This document shows, piece by piece, positions 18,985-28,100 of a stretch of DNA of 64,000 nt. Every line of letters starts with the position of its first letter. Positions within the stretch are counted from its first letter, which is position 1. The notes beneath the pieces are model-generated. The model was not told the DNA's origin and searched no databases. It worked only from the letters and a program-made list of their open reading frames with translations. The DNA is from an uncultured Pseudomonadota bacterium (GTDB taxonomy: Bacteria > Babelota > Babeliae > Babelales > RVW-14): the NCBI GenBank assembly GCA_964527595.1, contig CAZGPI010000001.1:12865-76864 (forward strand), given 5' to 3'. The translations under genes and the position numbers were made by a program.

Positions 18985-19262
18985 TGTCATGCTTGGGCTT
19001 GCCCCGAGCATCCATCCTTCGCCAAGGTTTTTGCTCGGCAGGCCATCATAAGATTAAAAAATATTAGGATGGATCCTCGGAGCAAGTCCGAGGATGACAG
19101 GCAAAAGAAATTGGTTATTTCAGCACTTCGGACAACTGAAACGTGATTCAGGATCCATCCTGATAATAATTCTTTAAACCAATCTAGTCGACTAATTTCT
19201 TGAATAAAAGATGGACCCCGGGTCGAGCCCGGGGTGACAAATTTTGATGTATTGGGTGACAA
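18985..19262. repeat. Cluster of family A (TGTCAY...TCCATC) palindromes in inverted pairs, plus one family D copy
   Basis: Copies at 18985-19018, 19066-19099, about 19135-19161 (degenerate), 19209-19239 and partial 19254-19262; CCTTCGCCAAGG..CGGCAGGCC at 19016-19044. Confidence 0.88.
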
Positions 19263-19293
19263 GACTGAAGATTTGGCAAGATAAAACAAGCCG

Positions 19294-20820
19294 TTATTGT
19301 TCACGGGTAAGTTTGTGAACGGTGCACTGATTATCATCATAATCTTCGCGGCTTTCAAGCGTTATTTTGCAGTTAAGCTGCTTTTCAAGCGCTAAAATCG
19401 ATGTATATTCACTATGCAACAGGTAATCAAATATGCGATGCGAAACAGCAACCAAGAGATTGCCCGAGAGACCTTTTTTTGTCACTTCGTCACGCAATTT
19501 GTTGAACAAAGTAAAGCTAATTGCCCACGTTGACTTAACAAATCCATGGCCGCTACAAGTTGGACACGTATGAGTCAATTGCTGCAACAAATTTTTGCCT
19601 GAACGTTTACGCGTCATTTGAACAAGGTTAAATTCTGAAATCTTTAAGGTAACGGACTGAAATTTATCGCGCTCCTTAAGCGTTTTTTCTAAAAATCGTG
19701 ATAATTTTTGTCGGCTGGATGACATCGCCATATCAATAAAGTCTATAACGATCAACCCACCAATATTACGCAAACGTAATTGCGTAACAATTTCATCGGC
19801 CGCCTCGAGATTGGTCTTTAGAATGGTATCTTCCATACTGCCTGAACCGGTAAACTTGCCGGTATTAACGTCAATAACAGTCATCGCTTCGGTTGTTTCG
19901 ATAATAACCGACCCGCCCGATTTGAGCGCAACCTTTTTTTCAAGGGCTTTTTCAATTTGCTTATCAATCTCATAACGATCAAAAAGCGTTGGAGGTCCCT
20001 GATAAAAACGAATCTTGCTTACATATTCAGGCGTAAATGACTTAACAAACTTACAAAGTGCCGCTTGGTCTTCTTGATCATCGGTGATAACCATTTCGAC
20101 ATCTTCATCTAAATGCTCGCGAATGGTACGCAAAGAAAGCGTTATATCCTCGTGGACTCGTTCGCCGGCCTTAGCCTTTTCATACTTTTTCTGGATGGTT
20201 TCCCAGGAATCAATAAGGAACGCCAAATCTTTTTTGATATCTTTATCAGGTCGCCCCTCGGCCGTTGTACGGACAATAACACCCATTCCTGTTGGCAAAT
20301 TTTGTTGCATAAATTCTTTAAGGCGAGCTCGCTCGTCTTTATCTTCAATCTTTTTTGAGATCCCAACTTGAGGAATATTTGGCATAAGCACCAAAAATTT
20401 GCCCGGCAACGCAAAACACGTGGTAAGCTTTGCACCCTTTTCGTGAATAGGTTCTTTGATAACCTGGACCAAAATTTCCTCACCCTCGTGGAAAATCTTA
20501 CCTACATCAAGCGAGCTTTTAATTTCACGCTCGGTTAATGGTTCATCAGAATCTTCGATTTGCAGATAATCGTTAATTTTTTCGGTCGCCATTGCGCGGT
20601 CGATTTCACTAATGTGCAAAAAACCGGCTTTGGGTTGTCCGATGTCGACAAAAGCCGTTTGAATCCCAGGCAATACCTTGGCAACCTTTCCCTTAAAGAA
20701 TGATCGCTCAAGCTCAACCTTGCTTTTGCTATCAAAATAAATGTCTTGAAGTTTGTCGTTATCGCCTAAAATGGCAACACGCGTTTGCCAAATTTCGTTG
20801 TTAATCAATATTTTTTTCAC
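19294..20820 (-). CDS. rng: Ribonuclease G/E family
   Basis: GKV..VLPG.Q.AFVDIG S1 domain, IDVNTG, LRLRNIGGLIVIDFIDM, CPTCSG.G; no RNase E C-terminal tail. Confidence 0.93.
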   Translation of the reverse strand: MKKILINNEIWQTRVAILGDNDKLQDIYFDSKSKVELERSFFKGKVAKVLPGIQTAFVDIGQPKAGFLHISEIDRAMATEKINDYLQIEDSDEPLTEREIKSSLDVGKIFHEGEEILVQVIKEPIHEKGAKLTTCFALPGKFLVLMPNIPQVGISKKIEDKDERARLKEFMQQNLPTGMGVIVRTTAEGRPDKDIKKDLAFLIDSWETIQKKYEKAKAGERVHEDITLSLRTIREHLDEDVEMVITDDQEDQAALCKFVKSFTPEYVSKIRFYQGPPTLFDRYEIDKQIEKALEKKVALKSGGSVIIETTEAMTVIDVNTGKFTGSGSMEDTILKTNLEAADEIVTQLRLRNIGGLIVIDFIDMAMSSSRQKLSRFLEKTLKERDKFQSVTLKISEFNLVQMTRKRSGKNLLQQLTHTCPTCSGHGFVKSTWAISFTLFNKLRDEVTKKGLSGNLLVAVSHRIFDYLLHSEYTSILALEKQLNCKITLESREDYDDNQCTVHKLTREQ

Positions 20821-21052
20821 GGTTAATGCCCCGCATGGTTAGAAATATAAATATTCATTTTTCAGATGTGGATTTTTAATTTTTTTTCAGTATTATTTTA
20901 TAGTATAAACAAACTGCGGAGGAATGAGTAGAAAATTCACAGATTATATGCTAATGTATGGAGGAAAAAGGGAAAACCAGTATTTTAATACATCTAAAAA
21001 TGAATACTTCCGTGAAACCTGTATAAGTCATCGATTTTTGAAGGAGATTCTC

Positions 21053-21706
21053 ATGAAAAAGCTAGCTTTACTATGTGTGTTACTTGCATTAGTTGCTTCC
21101 GGTTGTGGCAAAAAAAAGGCAACAGCCCCAAAAAGCAAAGATGTAACCAAATCACGTTCACTCAAAACCAAGAAGAACAAAAACCTAGCGCTTAACGATT
21201 CTGAATTTTTTGATAACGACGCCGTTTCAGATTTCGCCTTTGTTGATGACGAAGAAAAGAAAAACGCAAACAAAAACCTCGCCCTTGCTCAAAATGACAA
21301 TAATGACAATTTAGGCAATGACGATTTATCGGGCGACCAAGACGAATCAGGCGTTGCATTTAAAACCGTTCATTTTGACTTAAATCATAACAAGATCCGT
21401 TCTGATCAAAAAGAATTGGTTACCGAAGATTGCGGACTTGCCAAAGAAATTACCGAAAAAGGCAAAAAGGTTGTTGTTCACGGACACTGCTGCCAATTAG
21501 GCTCACATAGCTATAACATGGCCCTTTCCCAACAACGCGCCGAAGCCATTAAACAAGAAATGGTTAAGAATGGCATCGAAGAAGCTGATGTTAAAACAGT
21601 TGGCTATGGAAGCGAAATGCCACTTGTTTGGTCAGAAAAGAAAGACCGTGGAGCTTTGGTCCAAGAACTTGCAGCAAACCGACGTGCAGAAATAATGGTT
21701 AACTAA
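21053..21706 (+). CDS. OmpA/Pal-family peptidoglycan-binding lipoprotein
   Basis: Lipobox LVASGC; VHFD, GH...G...YNMALSQQRA, GYGSE.P, NRRAEI. Confidence 0.9.
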   Translation: MKKLALLCVLLALVASGCGKKKATAPKSKDVTKSRSLKTKKNKNLALNDSEFFDNDAVSDFAFVDDEEKKNANKNLALAQNDNNDNLGNDDLSGDQDESGVAFKTVHFDLNHNKIRSDQKELVTEDCGLAKEITEKGKKVVVHGHCCQLGSHSYNMALSQQRAEAIKQEMVKNGIEEADVKTVGYGSEMPLVWSEKKDRGALVQELAANRRAEIMVN

Positions 21707-21729
21707 TTCAGGACAAATTGGTTAATCAT

Positions 21730-21966
21730 CTAGAATTTAAAAGAGGCGCGATAATATCGCGCCTCTTTTTTTTCGACTTCGCTCCGAGCTCTACTTGTTT
21801 TTAAACGTTTCGACATCTCGGTTTGGTTCAATTTCTGCTGCACCATTGCTTTCTCTAATTGATAAGCAATAACACGCTTTATTGCCAGCGCCTCTGTTTC
21901 ATCAAGAATATTCTCTTCCTTCAAAAAAATATCAAAATCTGAACCTATGTATTTGTTTTTCTTCAT
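21730..21966 (-). pseudogene. Truncated XRE/HigA-like antitoxin
   Basis: IGSDFD.FL.EE.IL...EALAIKRVIAYQL..AM..MSKRLKTSR matches a common antitoxin family; the HTH breaks off and the frame runs into the ompA terminator. Confidence 0.65.
21739..21773 (+). terminator. Terminator downstream of the OmpA-family gene
   Basis: AAAAGAGGCGCGATA-a-TATCGCGCCTCTTTTTTTT. Confidence 0.85.
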
Positions 21967-21991
21967 AAATTAACCCCTTTTTTTAAGCAAA

Positions 21992-22121
21992 CGCCCAAAG
22001 CATCCGCATTGGGCTACCTCACGTTCGCTGGCAACGGCCAGCATCATGAGCATATAGTTTATGTCTTGGTGCTAGCCAAGGCTAGCGTTAGTATGGTAGC
22101 CCAATGCGGATGCTTTGGGCG
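21992..22121. repeat. REP doublet (REPIN-like) of GTAG-tagged family B, left of the transposase
   Basis: Perfect 27-bp inverted arms CGCCCAAAGCATCCGCATTGGGCTACC (21992-22018) and GGTAGCCCAATGCGGATGCTTTGGGCG (22095-22121), each with an adjacent secondary hairpin. Confidence 0.92.
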
Positions 22122-22148
22122 ATGCCCTATCTACAAATCATATCTTGA

Positions 22149-22577
22149 CTAAAAAACTAATTTATCTGCCGCCAAGGCTCTGCATTCGTCAGCATAATCT
22201 TGCTGTTGATGATGTGCTTTTTGCCCATCAATATAAGACTGTAATCGCACCAATGAGTCGGTGGTAAAAACGCCATATCCCTGCTGCCAAGCAAAATCTG
22301 GCCATCCTTCCTTGCGAATAAAACGGCAAGAATTTGATTTAATGCGAGCAACAACATCGGGTAACTCTTGCTTAACCGACAACTGCACAATAAGGTGTAT
22401 ATGATTTTCGGTACCTCCAATTGCGCGTAGGTGCCAATCTCTCTGTTTGCATATTTGTCCGATACTTGCGTATAATTTCCCTTCAACCTCAGCCGTAATA
22501 AATGGCTTACGGTCGGCGGTTGCCCAAACAAAATGATACAACAATCTTGCGTATGAATGTTCCGAATGATGTGACAT
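22149..22577 (-). mobile_element. IS200/IS605-superfamily Y1 HUH transposase, REP-associated (RAYT-like)
   Basis: YHFVWAT..R, GGTENHIH (HUH), IKSNS, FAWQQGYG, YIDGQKAHH (catalytic Tyr); no tnpB; flanked by REP doublets. Confidence 0.9.
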
Positions 22578-22683
22578 ATATGATTCCCCAAATACCCAAA
22601 TTAGTTTTCCATACCCCGTTGGAGAAAACATTAACAAACCTTTTGGCTTAACGCAAAGGAAAAAGAAGCAATGGCCAATCTAA

Positions 22684-22941
22684 CGCCCAACGCACCCGCA
22701 TTGGGCTACCCCACGTTCGCTGGCTTCCGCCAGCATCAAGAAAAAGATGGATCCTCGGGGCAAGCCCAAGGATGACAAATGTGGATTCGACTACGCTCAC
22801 CACGAACGATATGATGGACCCCGGATCGAGCCCGGGGTGACAAATTATGAGTTATCTCTTGGTGCTAGCCAATGCTAGCGTTAGTGTGGTAGCCCAATGC
22901 GGATGCTTTGGGCGATTCTGGCTCCGTCGGATGCTTTGGGC
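22684..22941. repeat. REP doublet of family B, right of the transposase, with nested family A and E elements
   Basis: Arms at 22684-22710 and 22888-22914, extra partial REP at 22928-22941; spacer holds 22746-22780 (A), 22786-22809 (E) and 22813-22845 (A). Confidence 0.92.
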
Positions 22942-22958
22942 AATTCGACAGCCCCCAT

Positions 22959-22988
22959 AAAAAAGGGGCCGGCATGTGCCGACCCCTT
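22959..22988 (-). terminator. Terminator of the 640-aa gene
   Basis: Minus strand AAGGGGTCGGCAC-ATGCCGGCCCCTTTTTT. Confidence 0.75.
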
Positions 22989-23020
22989 CGTGATCTCTGC
23001 TTGATATTGTATTACCCGGT

Positions 23021-24943
23021 TTAAAACTTGACGTTAAATCCGGTGAATACTTCGCCTTCACATGGAACATTTTGTCCCGCGAAGGTGTACTTGCCGCCAA
23101 CTGACATGCCCAAGTACTTACTGAATGCGTAACTACCTTCTACATAACCACGATGGGCGATGCCTTCGGTACCTTTACGCGCTTCTTTATTGCCAAGAAG
23201 CTGTTTGTTTTCTACAAATTCGCCAACAGCAGTGGCTGTTGGTTCAACCCACGCACCGCCAAGGAAGTGAGCCATGCTCTTATCCTTGAAGGTTATGCGG
23301 TCTTCGGTCTTGTAATAAAGTTCATAACCAATTGTTGTTGCAATATCCTTGGTCTTTGGATGATACAATGTTACGTCGAGATTACCGGTAAAGTAACCCC
23401 AGCTTACATCTGCATCGGCTCGTGGACCGATATTCTTAACCGTTGAACCTGCAAATACGGCCATACGTTTTTCTGTAGCATCAAGCACAAAATTGTAATG
23501 CGCATCGGCTTTGATGGTTAAACATTTTGTGGTTGCGCATGCAATCTTGCCACCAACTTTGATTTCAAAGTGGTCGCCGTTGCCCAAGTTCATCTTATAT
23601 GGGTTGCCATAATACTTATCGCCAGCACCGGTTGGGATTTTTACGCCACCATAAATTTCACCGTTCCAACGATCGGAGAAATTGTGGCTGTAAAACAGAT
23701 CAAGGTCTGCATCGCCAAGACCGGTAAGGTTATATGTTTGGAATACATAAACTTGTTTGCCAAGGAATGCCGTTACGTCTTGTTGGTAATTGGCTAACGC
23801 GGTATCGATAGTGGTTTTTGCTTCGCCTGATTCAGCAACTGGAGTACCATTTGCACCATGGATCGTGGTTGCCCACAAATCACCAGGAATATCGGCAACC
23901 TTATTACTTACAACAGGATCTAACGATAATACCTTAGCTACACCAGCACCAACTGCATTTGCGGGGGCGAGGGTGATCGCTCCGCCTGCCACAATGTTAC
24001 CAGCTACGCTCATATCTGCAGGCATATAAGCAACACGGGTATCGGTAGTAAGTGCATTTGCATATGCAGCAGTACCAGGAGCAGCACCAGCAACACGAGT
24101 ATCATACAATACACCGCCGCCTTTGCCAATTGGAGGTGTTCCATCTGCATTACCTTTTAAGATAAGCATAGGAATCATTTTAGCTGTTTTGCCAATAGTA
24201 CCTTTATCTCCGGCTGCAACATATGGCTTGCCACCGATTTTTACGTTTTGGCCATCAGCATCTGTGCTATATAATGTAACTACTTTACCTGCGCCATCCA
24301 AGCCTTTTATGCCGGACAAATACTTAAGGTTGTAATAACTAACGTTGGCCATGGTAAGTGGTTTAAGATCAGCAGCAGCACCAGCGCCACCAAGATTAGC
24401 ATCGGTTGGATTAATGTATCGCATATCACCCGTAATCGCTTTACGTTGATCACCAATATTGGCGTGTTCCATCTCGTCGTCTTTTTCCATACGTACCGAA
24501 CGTAAAGGCAATGAGCCTCTCAAACCAACACGGCCCTTATTTGCCCAAACGGGATAAGCCAAAGATGCACCGAGCACCATACCGCGTTCAGAATAAGAAA
24601 CGCGTGGAGCTACCATTACCGTTGAAAGGTTTGGGTTTTGGTTTTGCCAATAGCTATCACCAACTGTTGCATTTGCAAAAGCTTCTGAAATCGTAAATTC
24701 AGATTTACCAAAGATAAGTGCGGTTAAAGGATGAGTATTAAAACCGTGCTTCATATAAGCTTTATCGGCTTCGCGCATATAACCGGTTGTCCAGCAATTA
24801 AAGATGCTCTTGTTTTTTTCGATTTTTTCAAAATCGTAGCGTAATGGGCCGCCAGGCAATGGTGCGTGGAAGTCTGTTGCAAAAACGCTGCCTCCTGCCA
24901 AAGCAAGGGCTATTAAACTACTTTTTACGATTTTTTTGTTCAT
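23021..24943 (-). CDS. Secreted protein, probable outer-membrane beta-barrel
   Basis: Signal peptide MNKKIVKSSLIALALAGGSVFA; alternating aromatic beta strands in the C-terminal third (GLGDADL..G.KIPTG); terminal Phe (FTGFNVKF). Confidence 0.72.
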   Translation of the reverse strand: MNKKIVKSSLIALALAGGSVFATDFHAPLPGGPLRYDFEKIEKNKSIFNCWTTGYMREADKAYMKHGFNTHPLTALIFGKSEFTISEAFANATVGDSYWQNQNPNLSTVMVAPRVSYSERGMVLGASLAYPVWANKGRVGLRGSLPLRSVRMEKDDEMEHANIGDQRKAITGDMRYINPTDANLGGAGAAADLKPLTMANVSYYNLKYLSGIKGLDGAGKVVTLYSTDADGQNVKIGGKPYVAAGDKGTIGKTAKMIPMLILKGNADGTPPIGKGGGVLYDTRVAGAAPGTAAYANALTTDTRVAYMPADMSVAGNIVAGGAITLAPANAVGAGVAKVLSLDPVVSNKVADIPGDLWATTIHGANGTPVAESGEAKTTIDTALANYQQDVTAFLGKQVYVFQTYNLTGLGDADLDLFYSHNFSDRWNGEIYGGVKIPTGAGDKYYGNPYKMNLGNGDHFEIKVGGKIACATTKCLTIKADAHYNFVLDATEKRMAVFAGSTVKNIGPRADADVSWGYFTGNLDVTLYHPKTKDIATTIGYELYYKTEDRITFKDKSMAHFLGGAWVEPTATAVGEFVENKQLLGNKEARKGTEGIAHRGYVEGSYAFSKYLGMSVGGKYTFAGQNVPCEGEVFTGFNVKF

Positions 24944-24959
24944 TATGCTTTCTCCCGTT

Positions 24960-25110
24960 TGTCATCCTGAACTTGATTCAGGATCCATCTTCATCTTATT
25001 TATTTCACTTATGCAGGCCCCCGGACCAAACTCCGGGGCAGGCTCACCCTCCTGCACCTCCCTCTTTGTCATCCTGAAAAAGAGGGGGCGAGGGGAATAA
25101 CCCCCTCGCG
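24960..25110. repeat. Intergenic cluster of family A and C palindromes plus a terminator-like hairpin
   Basis: TGTCATCCTGAACTTGATTCAGGATCCATCT (24960-24990), family C long form (25011-25063), TGTCATCCTGA (25067-25077), GCGAGGGG-aataac-CCCCTCGC (25088-25109). Confidence 0.88.
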
Positions 25111-25118
25111 TTTATTGA

Positions 25119-28100
25119 TTATTGAACTACCGTAAAGCTTGTTGGATTAGCATTACTATCTGCACGAGTTGCTAATACACCAGACTTCAGACTGTCTTCA
25201 ACCTTACCCGCAATAACAGCAGGACTGGTAATACGATAGATTGTTGGCAAGAATGTTTCTACATCGCCAACAAGCACATCGTATTTCTCACCAGCTTGAG
25301 CTGCGTTTACAAAGTCCATGGCTGTACTGAATTGCGTTGCGCCCAAGTTGACGTAACGTGAACCAGCTTGTGATCCAAATGGTTGATAGGTTAAGAAATT
25401 GAAGAGGTCGGTTGAATTAGCAAGTACCGTTGAAGCACCTTGATTGAATGCTGAAACAATAGCTGTTGAAGCAACATTTTTACCAATCACTGGCGCACTG
25501 GCTAATATTCCGTATGTTTCGCCAAAGCTGCCATTTTCTTCGCTAGCTGCAGTTGTACCAGCAAAATCCCATAGATTGACAGGGATAAAGCTTGTGCCGG
25601 CCATCAAGGCAGGAACCATCATGACGTTACCGCCACCACGGATAATAGCACTTGTGCTTGCATTAAGCTTAATGGTACCTGTTCCACTAAATGGACCAAA
25701 TGCCCACAAAGATGCGTCGCTGCTCGAACCATTAGCAATGCTCTTATGTTCGATGATACCGTTTGTTACGGTAACGTTAACATTAGCAACGTTGCTTAAT
25801 GGAATGATTTGCCATGCGTTGCCGCTAGCAAATTCTGCACCTTCTTCACCAACAGCTGGTACACCATCTGCGCTGAATACAGGGAATCCACCAACAATGC
25901 TGGCTTTACCATTAACCACTTGAGGGTTATTGGTAACTGAAGCATTACCGTTCATCTTGCTACCAGGTTTATTGATAATACCTGCGCCGAGGCCAAAGAA
26001 GCCTTCACGGTCTGTATGGAATGTCGCATCAGCACCATTGATTAACAACAAGAAGTTAATGCTTGAGTCTGCTACAGGTACTGTATTACCAACTTGGAAT
26101 ACACCGCCAGGCATATTAGCATCACCAATCACGAATTGTGATTGACGTTGCATGCTGATGGTGAAATCGGTTGTTGGGGTTGTTGCATCTGCTTGGACTG
26201 CAACTGAAGCTGTTCCAAATACCTTGATCTTGGAGTTTTTGTTCAACCAAATTTGGCCTTTACCAAAGATCTTGATACGATTTTCATCCGATGTTGCGGC
26301 TGAATAATAACGAGACGAAATGGCTTCGTTAATACCTTCAAAGACCAATTGAGATTCGTCGTTGAAGTATAATACTACGCCGCCCTTACCAGCAACATCT
26401 TCTGCTTTAGGGAATCTGATACTAGCGCCTTCTTCAAAGACCAATTTGACCTTGCCACCAAACGCAATTTCTTGACGTCTGTTGCCTTGACCAAAACCAC
26501 TCAAATCAAGAACTGTGCCAGCAAGAACACGGACTTCGCGTTCTGTTTCTGAACGGATTGTCATACGATGATACAATGCACCATTAGGATCGGCTGCAAT
26601 TGCTGCATCGGTGAAATCACCAAATCCATAACCAACCGCGCTCTTGCGCATCATTGGCATAAATGGAAGATCGTCTGCAATAACTACATCTTCGTTAACG
26701 TCGATAGTACAGCTGCCCAATGGAGCGATGGTGACATAATCTTCACCAAGTACATTCCATGCATTAAGGGAATTTGAATTCCATTCTGTGCTACCAAGGC
26801 CAAAGCGACCGCCGAATTCAGCAAAGATAATACCATGCTGACCTTCGCCGATGAACTTCTGAGCACGTGTTGAAGCTAATGAAGAGAATTCACGAACACG
26901 AGCTACTTTAGGACGAGCACCGTCGCCACTAATATCCACATTGAATGGATCGTTAATGGTTGCGCCTGAAACGCGCATTTGTTGAACATCGCTGCCTGCG
27001 CCAACATACATTATGTAATCTGGACGCATTGAAGGAATACGGCTCTTGGCTAATTGTCCAATAGCAGGATCACGATAGAACCAGCCAATATTCATTTCTT
27101 CGCATGTTGGTAAACGTGTAAATCCAAGTGCATCAACATTTGAACCAATCATATTTGCGGTCAAGCCATATGGTTGGATACCATAGTTGCCAGCAAAGGT
27201 GACTTGGTTGCTTGGAAGGTTAACGTCGCCGCTGAAGAACGAAAAGCGTACAACACCGTCAATATCATAATCATTCCATGTTTTGACAGGAATGTTGGTA
27301 TTGATCCATGAAGTATTGAACGACTTGGTTGTAAGACCGGTACGAACATCAACCGGTGACTCTGTAATGGTCATTTTGCCGCCAAAGTCGACATAAACGT
27401 TGCCATTATCGCTTTCATCTTTGACCGGAATAAAGGCGCCAACACCTGCGTTATTTTGAGCTGTTACGCAGATACTGTTGCCTTCGATGGCCAATTCAGC
27501 ATGAGCCGCAGGAAGATCTGCGTCTATTGCATTAAGCTTGAACCAATAAACGTCTTTATCTGTTTCGCTAAAGACTTCATCTTTATATGGATACATACGT
27601 GAATCGGCAATTGGGAAGTCAAATGTATCACCATTAAGCTTACCAACTGTTGGCCAACCAACAAACATACCAACTTGAGCTCCGGCTACATTTGTAGGGA
27701 TGCCCATAAAGATTGTATGCGTTGAACGTTGACGATTGCGATCAGCAGACGAAACACCAACTGGGAATTCATTGCCATTACGCAATGCCAATTTGACTGT
27801 TGATGAACCGGTAGGACCGACTGGCTTATTGCGTTTGAATACGTTAATAAACGCGCTTTGTGTTACATAGTTTGGACCAGCAATTTCACCTTCCATAAGG
27901 TTGAGTTCTGAGCCAAGCATGAATAAGCGGCCATAACCGGTATTCAAACCATCAAGTGCTTCGCCATGATCATAGAAGCGAATAACACTTGTATTGCTTC
28001 CAGCTGTTGCTGGAACAAAAGGAGCATCCATCGCAACAAAACGTACGCCTGATGCGCAAAGTGTTTCGTGCAATGCTAATTCTGAGTTAAATAAGCGGAA

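Noticed and set aside
18987-19358. 123-aa minus-strand ORF between rng and gatB
   Set aside because: It is a translation of the palindrome cluster and overlaps the rng end
21170-21300. Internal KNLAL duplication in the OmpA-family linker
   Set aside because: Short duplication in a low-complexity linker; unremarkable
18985-22941. CRISPR array
   Set aside because: Repeats are inverted, irregularly spaced and of several families; no cas genes are present
22149-22941. IS605/IS200 element with TnpB or a guide RNA
   Set aside because: No TnpB/IscB ORF; the flanks are symmetric REP doublets
22852-25077. Short ORFs 22852-23100 and 24844-25077
   Set aside because: They consist of repeat sequence and overlap the 640-aa gene
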